A stretch of 64,000 nucleotides of DNA. Source: Yuukianura sp. NJ FZ-2021 (lineage: Eukaryota). The notes under the pieces were generated by a model. It ran no database searches. It was not told where the DNA came from and saw nothing but the letters and a program-made list of their open reading frames with translations. The position numbers were made by a program, and so were the translations under genes. Shown one piece after another: positions 1 to 12,275 of the stretch (the first letter of the stretch is position 1; each line of letters starts with the position of its first letter). The stretch lies in NCBI GenBank assembly GCA_046563655.1, contig JAJCTO010000012.1, forward strand, positions 62,001 through 126,000, written 5' to 3'.

Positions 1-2038
1 GGGTTAGGGTGGCTCCGATCCCCACTGTGCTTGCATCTGTTTGCAGTCTGGTCTCCAACCCTGGTTGAAATAAGGCAAGTATCGGTTCTGATACGAGGGC
101 CTCTTTTGCAAAGGTGAAAGCGTCTTCCTCGTCCTTTCCCCACTGGAATTTTGCGTCTTTTTTCAAAAGATTGTACAATGGCGCCATTTTTTGAGCATAT
201 CCGGGGATGAATCTTCGGTAATGATTGAACAATCCTAGCGCTTGCTGTAACTTCTTGACCTTGGTGGGTGTGGGGAGGTCCTTAACTCCAGCCAGTACAC
301 TTTCGTCCATCTTGATTCCCCCATTCCCCACGAGGAATCCGAGGACCCTGGTTTCCCGGTATCCAACGTGGCACTTCTTCGGTTGAAGGGTCAAGCCTTC
401 ACCTTCGATTCTGGATAGAACCTTGTCCAATTTCTCAACATGTTCGTCAATTGTGAGACTGTGGATAATCAAATCGTCGACGTAAGATGCAACTACTTCC
501 GGTTTGAGGCCCGCTAAGATTACGTCCATTAGTTTGCTAAAATGACCCGGTGCTCCAGCAATGCCCATCGGTAGCACTTTGTACTGGAATAGCCCCTCTG
601 GTGTAGCAAAAGCTGTTTTTTCTTTGTCGTTGTCATCCAGTTCGATCTGCCAAAATCCAGCGTATAAATCCATCACGGTGATAAATTTTGCGTTCCTTAG
701 GCTGGACAGGATGTCTTCGATTCTAGGTAAAGGGTAGGCCGTGACGTTGGTTGTAATAGAATTCAGAAACCGGAAGTCTGTCGTGAATCGTTTCGCAGTG
801 CTGTCCTTTTTGGCTACCATGTGGACTGGGCTTGACCATGGTGATGAACTTGGCTCGATGAGGTCCAATTCCATCATTCTTTTAACTTCCTTCCGAATTT
901 CTTCTCTGACTTTCTCCGACGCTGGGTATGGTCTTATTCGCTTTGGCGGATGGTCACCCGTGTTGATCTTAAATTTCAAGCGTCCGGTCCTTCCCATGTT
1001 TTGACTATTCCAAGAGAAAGCTTTTTCATGTTTCCGTATCACCTCAAGCAACTTTCTCTTGTCTTCTTTGTCGAGTTCAGGGTTGATGTCCAGTTTCAGT
1101 TCGTCCTCAATCGAGATGCGGTTGACACGAATTCTAGATTTTTCCTGTGACCTCGATGTCAAATATTCATACTCATCCTTCTCGATTTCCGTTCCTAAAA
1201 TTGTGTCCTTGTTAATGTATGAATCTTCCTCTGTTGGATTAGTCACCACAATGGCTTGTGTTTCGCCATTGATCAGCATCCTTGGAATAAGGATGCGGCA
1301 TGTTCGGTAAATTTTTTCTGATCCGTTCAAGATGCATTCTTCATTTTGACCTAGGCCTGTTGGTTGAATTGGTAATAGGATCCTTGAGCGTGCTGGAATT
1401 TTTGTTTTCTCGGCCGCTCGAATTCTAAGAATCCGAGGTCTGGTATTTGGGATTTCTTTCTTTTCCGCATGATCAATGTAGATACCATGATGGCTCCAAA
1501 GGTCAACTTTCTGTGAAACGTAGGGCACATTTCCTGTTTTTTGTGACCAACACATTCTTGCTTCGGGATCCATGTGAATAAGAAATTTCTCTAGAAAATC
1601 TTCGCCAATTAGTAAATCGTCTTCGATGTCGTCAATGGCAATGCAAGGGTAATCTACTGTCAGCATTCCAAACTCAATTGGAACGAACACCACGCCCTTG
1701 TCCTTCAGTTTTCCTTGTAACTGATTTAATCTTGCCACAGTGTTTGGAATTTTCCTGAATCATTCCGCTAGAGAGGCCTTGATGATGCACAAAGGAGATC
1801 CCGAGTCAATAACGGCGACTATGTCCCGGCTTCCGATTTTTATCTTAACTTCTACCTTCGATCCACCTTCATTACCGGCCACACTATGAATTTTGATTTC
1901 TCTGGTGTTTGGAATTTTAAATTTGAATTTTTCCGGTTGTTCCCTTTGATCAGTCCTGTTTCCGAGTTGCGGAGAAAGTGTTCCTGCCCTCGTCACTGTT
2001 GAGGCGAGCCCTGGGCGGCTCGCCCTTGGAAGTTTCCC
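1..2038 (-). pseudogene. pol: pol (protease-RT-RNase H), disrupted
   Basis: VAVIDSGS protease in the -1 frame; in-frame TGA at 1760-1762; a further frame change near 1470-1500; then open through RT (YVDD near 477-488) to the window edge. Confidence 0.9.
1986..2038 (-). promoter_or_regulatory. -1 ribosomal frameshift signal between gag and pol
   Basis: Minus strand G GGA AAC heptamer in the gag frame (2032-2038), 7-nt spacer, perfect stem GGCGAGCC/GGCTCGCC; loop GCCC could pair with downstream GGGC; pol is in the -1 frame. Confidence 0.85.
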
Positions 2039-3264
2039 TGCCCGGAATTTTGATTTCCGTTCCTCTGTTGGTAAAATCCACTGTAGTTCGGGGGAGAGTT
2101 GTATCTGGAACCCCACTGACCGTTACTTTCTCTGCCGTTCCGCGGGCTTTGATAGCTTGGCCCTCCGCTACGCTGGTTCTGTGCTCCGCCGTCGTTGGCT
2201 CTGTTGTAGTAACACCTTGCCGCCAGATGACCTCGTTTCTTACAGATGAAGCAGCTACGATTGTCGTAGGGTCTGGGTTGACCTTGACCCCTCTGTGGTC
2301 TAGGAGCGGTTTGAGCTGGGCCATTTCTGTCGTTCTGTCGGTCGGTTACCGCTTTCACTGACCTCTCCAAATTTGTTATTTTCACGGTTAAGTCCGCGAG
2401 TATTGGCAAATTCTCCAGTGCTTTTGCCAGTTTAGCAATGTCACTTTCCTCTACGCTGGTTTTCGAAACAGTAGCTTCAACAGCCGAAGGACTAAGGTCA
2501 TCGATTTCCTTCATCCCTTTGCCTTCGTACTCTCCGGTCATCTTCACTAAATCGGCCCAATTTGCTGGAACACCTCGGTACTGTAGACAGCGTCTGATTG
2601 GAGGCAGCATGTGTTTAACAATAGCTTCTACAGCATGTTCTTCAGCCATCTTGCCCCAGTTTTCGCCAAATCTAGTCCGGATCCGAAAAATATAGGCCAA
2701 TGCTCCTTCGCCGAGCTCTTGCGGATGATCACCTACGTCATAGAGTTGTAATTCTCGCTCAACTTCGTCTTTTGGGCAGTTGGCGATGAAGCTTCGTTTG
2801 AGCGTGTCCCAAGTGACCGCTACGCTTTTGACTGCGTCTGACTGGACATAGAACCACTGATTGGCCAGATCACTTTCAAACGCTGTCGTGAAATAGCGTT
2901 TCTTGTCTTGGTCTGTAATCCCCTGAGCCTCGGCCCAATTCTCGTAATTATGTATAAACTGCTTTACCGATCTTTCCGTGAGTTTCTGCTTCATAATGGG
3001 TTTTTTCTCACCCCTTAGTAGAACCTGTTGGTTCCTGTTCTGTAGTCCAGCGTCGTCCCGTGGTCGGCTCGGTCCGGGGAGAGAAACTCCACTTTTGTCG
3101 TCGGCCATGTTGGATTCGTTTTCGGTTACTTCTTCTAATGATTCGTTGAGTAGACCCTCGAAACTGTCCACTGTCTCAAAAAAGACTTCGGGTTTTTCCA
3201 CTTTTCCACTTTCACTAATCGCGGATTCACTCTTTGATGGCTTCTTTTTGTTCTTTTCCTTCAC
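1993..3264 (-). CDS. gag: Gag polyprotein (capsid plus zinc knuckle)
   Basis: 423-aa ORF; CFICKKRGHLAARC knuckle followed by a Q/N/G-rich tail; lies just after the LTR and PBS. Confidence 0.9.
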   Translation of the reverse strand: MKEKNKKKPSKSESAISESGKVEKPEVFFETVDSFEGLLNESLEEVTENESNMADDKSGVSLPGPSRPRDDAGLQNRNQQVLLRGEKKPIMKQKLTERSVKQFIHNYENWAEAQGITDQDKKRYFTTAFESDLANQWFYVQSDAVKSVAVTWDTLKRSFIANCPKDEVERELQLYDVGDHPQELGEGALAYIFRIRTRFGENWGKMAEEHAVEAIVKHMLPPIRRCLQYRGVPANWADLVKMTGEYEGKGMKEIDDLSPSAVEATVSKTSVEESDIAKLAKALENLPILADLTVKITNLERSVKAVTDRQNDRNGPAQTAPRPQRGQGQPRPYDNRSCFICKKRGHLAARCYYNRANDGGAQNQRSGGPSYQSPRNGRESNGQWGSRYNSPPNYSGFYQQRNGNQNSGQGNFQGRAAQGSPQQ

Positions 3265-3351
3265 TACTCTCGAACTTTCACTTTTCTCGCTTATAGACTT
3301 CCCTAATTGAGATGTTTGACTTCGTTAGCATTGAGTTGAGAGCTCGTTCTG

Positions 3352-3362
3352 CTCGTCCACCA
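3352..3362 (-). promoter_or_regulatory. Primer binding site, tRNA-Ala-like
   Basis: TGGTGGACGAG one base after the LTR's CA end. Confidence 0.7.
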
Positions 3363-3363
3363 T

Positions 3364-3471
3364 TGTTGGATGCTGCGTATCAACTGTCGTTTATTCAAAG
3401 ATCTACTCACACACACTCACTCTCAGTGCAAGGGCATGCAATGTCCTTGTACTGAAAGTGTGTGTGTAACA
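3364..3471 (-). repeat. 108-bp 5' LTR
   Basis: TGTT...AACA termini, AATAAA, adjacent PBS; LINE RT homology stops exactly at 3472. Confidence 0.8.
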
Positions 3472-5504
3472 TTTTGGTTTCTCCTTCTTCTGTTCTTACT
3501 TTTGCTGATGCTTGGGCGTATAAATCCTTAAAGATTCTGACAAATTTGACTGATATGTTTTCCTTTAAAAGGCAGCTCCAGAGCAGGTTGTGGTTTGGTG
3601 TATCGAAAGCCTGCTTTAGGTCAACAAAGCAAGCATAAAGTTTGTCGCCTTTTTCTAGTTGCTTTTGGACTAGTGCGTTTAGCACAAAAATGTGGTCCAT
3701 TGTGCTTTTCTGCTTCTGAAAACCAGCTTGAAATTTTGAGAGTTTTTTGTGCTTTCTGATCCATGTATTTAGTCTCGAAACCAGGATGGAGGTAAATAGC
3801 TTCAAAATTGTGTTAAGTAGGGAAATCGGGCGACAGTTTCCTGGGTCATCAGTTGCTCCTTTTTTGTGTAACGGGCGCACTGTGGATGTTGTCCAAGATT
3901 CGGGAATTGAGCCTGTGTTGTAGATATCTTGAAAAAGGTTTTGGATACGTTCGAGCGCTGGTCCGTTCAGCATTTTCCATATTTCGTTAGGAATTAAATT
4001 CTCTGGAAGTTAAATTATCTGGCCCGGGTGCCTTGGAGTTTTTTAATTTTTTCATGGCGAGTTTCAGTTCGAGCATGCTGAACTCTGCGTCGAGGATTGG
4101 ATCTGACTGTGTTGCGGTTTCAAAGTTCGGTGCAGGGTGTTGCTTTACATCTAATGGGTTGAATACCGATTCGAAGTGGCTTTACCATCGGGGGAATGTG
4201 ATTGTCGATTTGGGAAGTGTTGTTGCCTTTCTGACGGATTTTACTTCTTTCCAGAATTCCGATCCACTGGCCGGTGTGAGGATGGCTTTTTCTTTTTCAT
4301 CACGTGAGGCTGAAGCTTTTTGGCTACATAGGTGTTTGAATTTTGCTTTGGCGTTCAAGTATGCAGATAACGCAGCGTCTCTCCTTGTCTCTTGGTGCGT
4401 GGGGATCCTCCGAAAGTGACGTAGAAGACGCAGTTTTGCTTTCTTTGTTTTTGCACATTCAGCGTCAAACCATTGTAGTCCTCCGGTTCTTTGGTGTGTT
4501 ATTCGCAGGAGGTTTTGTCCTCTGCAGACTGAGTTGACTGCACCGGCAAGTCGTTTGGACATTTCTTTTGTGTTGCTTGTTTCGGGTATTGAACTAATGA
4601 CATCATTCAGTGTTGTTTTAAGTGTCGTGAGTTGATTATACTTGGTGGGGATGTACATCTTCTCCCGGGGAACTGAGTTTTCTACTACTCTTCCGTCTGA
4701 GAGATTGAGGTAAGTGACGATGGGGAAGTGCGAAGAGTGTGGTAAACTGAGGACTTTATCAAATGCGTTGATTAATGTTAAGGCTGGCGGTGACAACATT
4801 AGTAGGTCGATTACACTGCTTCCAGACTTTGCTCCCGAATTGTTCACGTAGGTTACTTCGCCTGCACGGTCACCTTCCGTGGCCCCGTTCCCAATCAGCA
4901 GACCATGCTCATCTGCCACTTTGAGTAGTGCTTTACCTCGGTTGATAGTGCGGGTGTCCTTGCTCTTTCTGGGATATCCTAACGTTGTGTTGATTTCACC
5001 TGTCCAGGCATTAGCGTCTCCCATCAGTATTTTGTTAGCAAACTGTGTGTCCAGTTGTGTGATTTCATTAAACATCTCCGCTAATTTGGAGTGAAAGGTG
5101 GTATCTGGTGCAAAATAGAAGAAAACTAATAAGATTTTTGTCTTGGTTGACTTCAGGTTTAGGTTAACTAATACATAGTAGCTAGTCGTCTTAATTACTG
5201 AAACGTCAGAACCAACTAAAGTGTTGATCCAACCGATCACAATCCCTCCTGACGGTCTACCTCTGGACCCCTTTACGGCTGGAACTGTCAGTACATTGTA
5301 AAAGTTATTGAAAATTTTGTGGTGTGGCTTTGGTAAACAGGACATCGTTTCTGAGAGACAAAAAATGGAAGGTTTACTGCTTATTAAGTCATCGTAGAAC
5401 TTAAGATTTTTGTTTTGGATACCAGTGATATTATAATATAAGATAGAAAAAGAAGAAGACTTATCGTATTGTACAACTTGGGTTTGTTTAGGGCTGCCTG
5501 TATG
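3472..5504 (-). pseudogene. LINE ORF2 (endonuclease-RT), disrupted
   Basis: Open from 5504 to a stop at 4182; further disruption near 4000; RT fragment 3472-3973. Confidence 0.88.
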
Positions 5505-6266
5505 TCATATCTGATGGGCGACTTGCTGTTTGTGCTGTCTGAGGGCTCGTGTCTTCTTCTCCTCATCCCGAAGGATTTTTGGACGATCCGAGTAAACGGC
5601 GATCGAAGAGTCCTTGATTCTTCTGGCGGCAGTAAACACTGTGTCGCGATGTTCTAGCGATGAAAATTTTACAGCAATTGGGCGTTGCCGTCCGTTATTC
5701 ATGATAACGCCGAGTCTTCTTGCTTCGATCGGTGGGGTGCTAAGTTGCAGTTTATTCGCAGTGTAGTTTGTCACTTGCTCTTGTGGGGTGGTTGTATTGT
5801 CTTCTGGGACCCCTTGAAAGATAAGATTCTGCTTCCTGGCGTCTGCATGCAGTCTTGCGATTGATAGTTGCAAAGTCTGGTTGGATTGTTCAAGAACCGT
5901 CATCTTCGACTGTAGTGTAGTGTTCTGTCCTTCGAGTGCATTGCACTTAGCCTCTAGTTGGACGACAGTGGATGTCAACGTTGCCATATTCGTGCTTATG
6001 CTTGTTACATTGGCGTCGAGTGTTGCGAATTTTGCGTCTAGTTTATTTAGCGTGTTAAGAATCATCAATTGGATCTTCATTGGGTCCTGCTGTTCAGTGT
6101 CTACTGCATCCATTTTGGCCGATTTCTGTATTTGTGGATTGTCGTGTTCAGTTGCTGGCCTCTTCCTAGTGAGGAACGGATCCAGTGTTTTCTGTGTTCG
6201 TGGAGTAGCGGTAGATGCACTAGTGGATTGCGTGCCTCTTGGTGGTGAATGCTCAATGCCAGGCAT
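5505..6266 (-). CDS. LINE ORF1 (coiled coil plus RRM-like region)
   Basis: 253 aa; heptad-rich segment, then RKQNLIFQGVPE, IEARRLG, RPIAVKF typical of LINE ORF1. Confidence 0.85.
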   Translation of the reverse strand: MPGIEHSPPRGTQSTSASTATPRTQKTLDPFLTRKRPATEHDNPQIQKSAKMDAVDTEQQDPMKIQLMILNTLNKLDAKFATLDANVTSISTNMATLTSTVVQLEAKCNALEGQNTTLQSKMTVLEQSNQTLQLSIARLHADARKQNLIFQGVPEDNTTTPQEQVTNYTANKLQLSTPPIEARRLGVIMNNGRQRPIAVKFSSLEHRDTVFTAARRIKDSSIAVYSDRPKILRDEEKKTRALRQHKQQVAHQI

Positions 6267-6680
6267 TTCCCGGGATCATCAACGGAATTTGGGTACTTGT
6301 TCCGGTCGAACGTTTTTGCTGAAATTCGGATTTCAGAGCAGTTAACTGGTCTTAATCGCTTGTTAGATGTGAAGAGGCAATTGATAACTTATTATACTTA
6401 TCTTATTTTAGTGGATGTATTGCTCCTGGGATGCAGAGGCAGGATATGCAATCATCAGGCCATAAGCTCCCAATTTTGTTTCTGCTGATTTCGGTTGATC
6501 GATGTTTAGCACGTCGGTCTCCAAAATTATCGTTTTTGTTGTCAGATTTTGTGAGTGGAGCCGTGGTACGTTAAATCGTTGTAATGGTTTTGATTAAAAC
6601 TATTAATTAACTGTTCATTAAATGGTTTAGATGCGGAGCACTTCGCATCAGCTGTCTTTTCATTGTAGGTTAACCTAACC

Positions 6681-9600
6681 TGGACCCGCCACTTTAAAGG
6701 TACGCAGATGCCAAAATTTAGCGAGGTCAAGGATTTCCTGGAAGATCATCTGCGTGGGTTAAATGTAGGCTTAGAAAAGTCGAGTCACAGTGAGAAAAAG
6801 ACTGCTGACAAACCCACAGAGAAAAAGTCTCACCAATCGTCCTCTAAGGTCCCATGTCCAAAATGTGGGGGTGAACACTCCCTCTTCAAATGTGAACAAT
6901 TCAACTCCATGGCAGTCGACGAACGTGGGAAATTAGTAAAATCTAAAAATTTATGTTTCTGTTGTCTCAGGGGTGGTCACGGTGAGAGCAAGTGTACTTC
7001 GAAATTTAAATGTGCTAAATGTCAAAAACGGCACAACACACTGCTCCACTATGACCGGAAGCCAAAAACTTCAGCAGTGGATACAAAGGAGGAGAAACCA
7101 ACCACTTCAACCACAGCACTGTACTGTTTTAGTACTCGTGTGATTTTGGCTACCGCTGTGGTGAGTGTCATGGACTCATCTGGTGATTACCAAAACTGTC
7201 GTGTGTTGTTGGATCAAGGTTCAGAGTCCAACTTCATTTCAAATTCTTGTGTCAAAAAATTGTGGTTGAAAAAGCACCTTGCTAATGTTACCATTACAGG
7301 CATTTCAGGAACCCAGGTCGAAAGAGCGTTGGGAGAAACGAACTTTTGTGTCAAATCTAGAATTAATAATTTTGAACTTAATGTGTGTGCTCTAGTTTTG
7401 AACAAAGTTACAGGTTCTCTGCCTTCGTTGATTGTCAAAAACACTGATTGGCCACATTTGAAATTGGCAGATCCAGCCTATCTTCAGCCCAGTGACGTGG
7501 ACATTTTACTCGGAAGTGAGTTTGTGGCCAGACTTAAGACTGGTGAAAAGGTACAAATTGACCTAAGTCTTCCCGTCGCTGAGGAAACTAAATTTGGGTG
7601 GGTCATATCTGGCCCGGTGAGTTCAACAAAAAATGTAAGTGTCAATTTTTCTACTTCTGTGTGTGAGTCATATGTAAAAAAGTTTTGGGAACTTGAGAAT
7701 GTCCCAATTCGGCCTGTGTACACTACGGAGGAGGCACTGGCAGAAAAACATTTTGTCTCTAATCACTCCAGGACTGAGACTGGAAGATATGTGGTAAAAC
7801 TACCTTTCAAAACCGATTGTGTCAAATTGGGCTCGTGTACGTAACATGGCCGTGAGCAGGTTGATGGGTATCGAGAAACGATTACTAAAATTCCCTCAAC
7901 ACAAAGACAAGTACCATCAATTCATGTCAAAATACCAAGAACTTGGCCACATGAGTCGAGTGACCAAGTCGGAAGAGGGTGAGGTCATTGGAGAGACCAA
8001 TTATTTGCCCTACCACTTTGTGCTCAAAGACACAAGCACAACTACCAAATTACGAGTTGTATTCGACGGTTCTGCGAAAACATCGAATAATGTGTCTTTG
8101 AATGATTGTTTTTTAGTGGGTCCTACCATCTAACCTGATATATTTTCTCATTTGTTGTTTTTTAGGACCAATCAAATTGCACTTCAGGCGGACATTGTGA
8201 AAATGTACCGTCAATTTCTAGTGTACAAAAGTGACCAGAGAAAACAAAGGTTACTCTGGAGACAAACACCAAGTGATGAAATTGGTGAATACGAACTTCA
8301 AACGGTGACATACGGCACAAGCTCCCCCCCCCCCCCATTTCACGCCGTCAGATGCCTCCAGCAACTCGCAGAAGACGAGAAGCCTAAATTTCCCATGGCT
8401 GCTGAGGTTCTAAAGTCAAATTTTTACGTGGACGACTTAAAGGGCGGAGCCAAAAGTGTCCAAGAGGCTAACCAACTCGTGACGGAGCTTGAAGGACTTT
8501 TACGTCGTGGTTGCCTTGAAATTACAAAGTTGGACTCTAACTCAAAAGAAGTACTGAAGTCCATTGCCAAGGTCAACCGAGGTAAAAATGACGTAATAAC
8601 ATGTGATGCTGATTTTGACAAGGTTTTGGGTGTGTGTTGGGACAGTGGAGGTGACTACTTTCATCTCAAAGGTTACAGTCCAAAACCAGTAGGCGTGGTT
8701 ACAAAGAGGACGGTCTTGTCCACTATGTCCAAAGTTTTTGACCCACTTGGTTTTCTGTCCCTTGTAACAGTTAAAATCAAAGTTTACTTTCAGGTCTTGT
8801 GGTCACCAGTACAGGGAAGTGAAAATGAAATTCTCTCATGGGACGATGAGATTCCACCTGATCTGGCTGGACAATGGCATGATTATGTCAAAAGTGTCCA
8901 GAACATAAAAAGTCTAACTGTTAATAGGTGTTTGTTCTCAGGTTTACCAGGAATCGTAGAAATTCATGGATTTAGTGACGCCTCAGAACTCGCGTACTGT
9001 GCGGTAGTGCATGTCCGATCAATTCAGAGGAATGGTCAAGTCACTACCAACATAGTTGCTTCCAAGACGAAAGTGGCACCGATGAAGCAAATTAGCCTTC
9101 CGAGGCTCGAACTTTGCGGCGCTCTACTTCTGGCCAAACTGATTCCGAAAGTATTGGAGGCGACACGGTTAAAATGTCCAATCACAACTTGGACCGATAG
9201 TGAAACGGTACTCAAGTGGCTGCGTAACACGAGTCGTAAGTTTGTTACTTTTGTTGCTAATCGTGTCTCTGAGATACAGGAGGTAATTCCTGTCAGTTCC
9301 TGGAATTTTGTTTCTAGAACTGACAATCCAGCCGATTTAGGGACTCGTGGGATCACTGCTGAGGAACTCGTAAGTTCAAAATTGTGGTGGTCTGGCCCAG
9401 ACTGGCTAAAAAATCAAGATTTACCAGTGTTTGAGTCAAAAGGGAAAGTAAGAAACCCCTCTGAACTTCTGGAATTACGAAAGGTAAAGGTGAACTTGGC
9501 CATAATTGATCGTGACATGATGAAAAGATTTTCAAATTATGTGAGGCTTAACCGTGCAGTGGCATATGCCATTAGATTTGTTTCCAATTGCAGGAATTTG

Positions 9601-11020
9601 AAACAGGGGGAGAGGCTTACTGGTGACTTGTCACTCGAAGAAACTGACCGTGCCTTCCTCATCTGCATCAAAGTAGTACAAGAAGACGACTACAATGATG
9701 ACATAATGGCCCTGAAGAAGAACAATCTTGTGGACAAGGGAAGTGCACTGGAATCACTGAATCCGTTCCTGGACAGTCATGGAGTCATGCGTGTTGGAGG
9801 TAGACTCCAAAAGTCAGACCTACCAAGTGACCAGTGCCATCCCATCATTTTATCAGGTCATAATTATTTCACCAAACTACACTATCATCAATTTTATTTG
9901 CATGCCAATTATCAGTTGTTGTGGGCAAATGTGTCAAAAAAGTTTTGGATTGTGGGTGCGCGAGTCACAATTCGACAGGTGGTCAGAGACTGCGTAAAGT
10001 GCAAAAAACTACGTGCCAAAGCCAGTGAACAACTGATGGGATCATTACCAAAGGCGAGAGTAACTCCTTCTCCGCCATTTACTCACTGTGGAGTCGACTA
10101 CGCAGGTCCCTTCAAGCTTCAAGAAAAATATGGGCGCGGTAAAAGCAATTTGATGCCTATTTTTGTGTATTTGTCTGTTTTGCGACACGGGCAATCCATT
10201 TGGAACCCGTGACAGACTTGACCACGGCTGCGTTTTTAGCGACTCTAAAAAGATTCATTTCCAGAAGGAGACTGGTGTCTGTCATTCATTCTGACAATGG
10301 CAAGAACTTCGTTGGCGCATCTTATGAAATTGCAGAATGGCGAAAGATAATTCATGATACTAAAGTCGTTGATTTTTTGTGCATTTCAGGAATTCAGTGG
10401 AAATTTATACCTCCGGATGCCCCACACATGGGTGGACTTTGGGAATCAGGAGTCAAATCGGCGAAGTACCACCTCAGGAGAGTGGTTGGGTCCACCACTT
10501 TGACACTGGAAGAATTCCATACGCTCCTGACGATGGTAGAAGCAGTCCTCAACTCACGGCCGATATGTGCAAAATCTCGTGACCCAGATGACGTTGAGGC
10601 GTTAACTCCAGGCCATTTTCTCATTGGGAAGCCACTAATCGCCATTCCAGAGCCTAGTTTGGCTGAAATCAAAGAAAACCGACTCTTGAGATGGCAACGA
10701 GTACAACAAATGTCGGAGCATTTCTGGAATCGCTGAAAAAAGGAGTACTTCAACCTTCTCCAGCAACGTAACAAGTGGCGAAATGAGCTGACAACATCAA
10801 AACTACGGATCTTGTGCTGATCAAAGACGACGACACTGCACCGTTGAAGTGGAAACTCGCCAGAATCACCAAAACATTCCCTGGAGAAGACAATTTGGTA
10901 CGATCAGTGGAGGTAATCTACAAGACGACTGAAATCGACAAGAAAGGAAAATCCAAAGTGAAGGATCATGTGTTTCTTCGTCCAGTCGTAAAAATCGTCA
11001 AGCTACTAGAACCAGACTAG
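6681..11020 (+). mobile_element. BEL/Pao LTR retrotransposon gag-pol, 5'-truncated and decayed
   Basis: Three Cys/His knuckles, protease LLDQGSE, RT (KLRVVFDGS, ADIVKMYRQ, FYVDD), RNase H (HGFSDAS, PRLELCG, WTDS, NPAD), integrase (GVDYAGP, SDNG, GGLWE, LNSRP); frameshifts or stops near 7840, 8131, 10150 and 10735. Confidence 0.95.
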
Positions 11021-12275
11021 CGTAAGTCTAGGGACTTTGTGTGAATAATTTAGTGTTAAATTCAAAAATATTCATTTATTTTAAAACTTTAAAAAAATTT
11101 TTTTTGGGTTAAAATCTTAGAATTTAAGTGCCTTTTTCCAGCTATCATAACCTAGGTGTTAAGATAGGCTTTTAGTGTTAAGTGTTATCTCCTTTCAAAA
11201 TTTAAAATTAGGGGTAAAAATCATTTGCTAAAACAGCTTCCGTTCGAGTAAAGTAGTTACCGAACGTAAGGTGACTAAATTCTGGATTGTGCGGTTGTGT
11301 GGGTAATCTTTCATGTTCAGACATACTGGTAGGGTCTAGCAAACGGCAATTCCAGCCTGAGCAACTGGAAGAAGGCTTAGTCCACCTTCAGCCACCGAAT
11401 CCAGTAGCGTCGGTTCACGATGGGTTATTTCTTTCAGTCACATGCATCCAGAATTGGTCGCCATTTTCCTTTTAGTCTTCTGGAGACGCACGTCTACGAC
11501 GTGCTGAAGAAGACTATTGATACGACTTTGTCTGTCTGTCCGTCCGTCACACTTTTTAGGACCCTGTCCACTGAAACATAAGGCCTATCCCGTTCGGGGG
11601 GTTATGTTTGGCTCAAGAGTTTTCAGTAGGTCTGCATTGCACTAAAATTCTAGAATTAACAGCGTAGAAATGGCTCGGCAGTTAGCCCTCAAATGTTTTC
11701 ATTAGGTCTTCCTTCCAATAAAATACTAAAATTAACAACAAGAAATGGCGGCTACATTATGTTTCTTATTCTTAAGTCCTTAAAATTTTTGTAGTAGCTC
11801 TGCATTCATAGAGTAACCATGACGATTCGATTTTTTTTTCTTTTAACTAGAGTGGACATAAGGCATTTTTTCAACAAAATTTTTGAAACAAATTAAAAGA
11901 GGTTAAAAGAGGTAAAAAACCGCTTTCATCCGAAGTTTAAGCAAGGTTCACACAAAAAAATGTAAAACCGTACCGTAAAGGTTACCGTAAAACTTCGAGT
12001 AATGTGCAAAACTCTTACATTGAGTTGAGTTTTGACAATTTCTCTTCTCGCCTTCCCTCCACTAGTTGGAAGCTGGCGGTATAAGAGGAGGGAGAAAGAG
12101 GGATAGCGTGGTTTCTAAGAAGGGCCATTACGTATTTGTAACACTTGTAACAAAACTGTAATTTTCAGAGGTCAGTAATGTTAGATCCGGAGTATTTCCG
12201 ATTCGCGAATTTAAACTCTCTTGTGAAATAAAATCTCACTTAATTCTAAATAGTTTTAAGTAGTTAGTAGTTATT

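Larger units (their letters stand above)
1..3471 (-). mobile_element. Ty3/gypsy LTR retrotransposon, 5' half (LTR-PBS-gag-PR-RT-start of RNase H); runs off the window's left edge; inserted in a LINE RT
   Basis: TGTT..AACA LTR at 3364-3471, PBS, gag with CCHC knuckle, protease IDSGS, RT motifs YPLPRIED, DLYAGFWQI, LPMG, YVDD, and RNase H TDAS near position 35. Confidence 0.95.
3472..6330 (-). mobile_element. Non-LTR retrotransposon (APE-RT type, RTEX/CR1-group-like), cut off at its 3' side by the gypsy insertion
   Basis: ORF1 plus ORF2 with APE motifs (YYNITG, CLSET, RGRPSGGI, MGDANA, SVIDL, SSHFPI), WFDAEC and RT motifs (RPISLL, QAGF, DHIF, CFVDLKQAFD); 5' boundary approximate. Confidence 0.9.

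Noticed and set aside
8324..8336. Poly-C tract in the BEL RT
   Set aside because: Homopolymer slippage or sequencing artefact in a dead element
11021..11469. 3' LTR of the BEL/Pao element
   Set aside because: No convincing PPT-TG boundary and no partner repeat in the window
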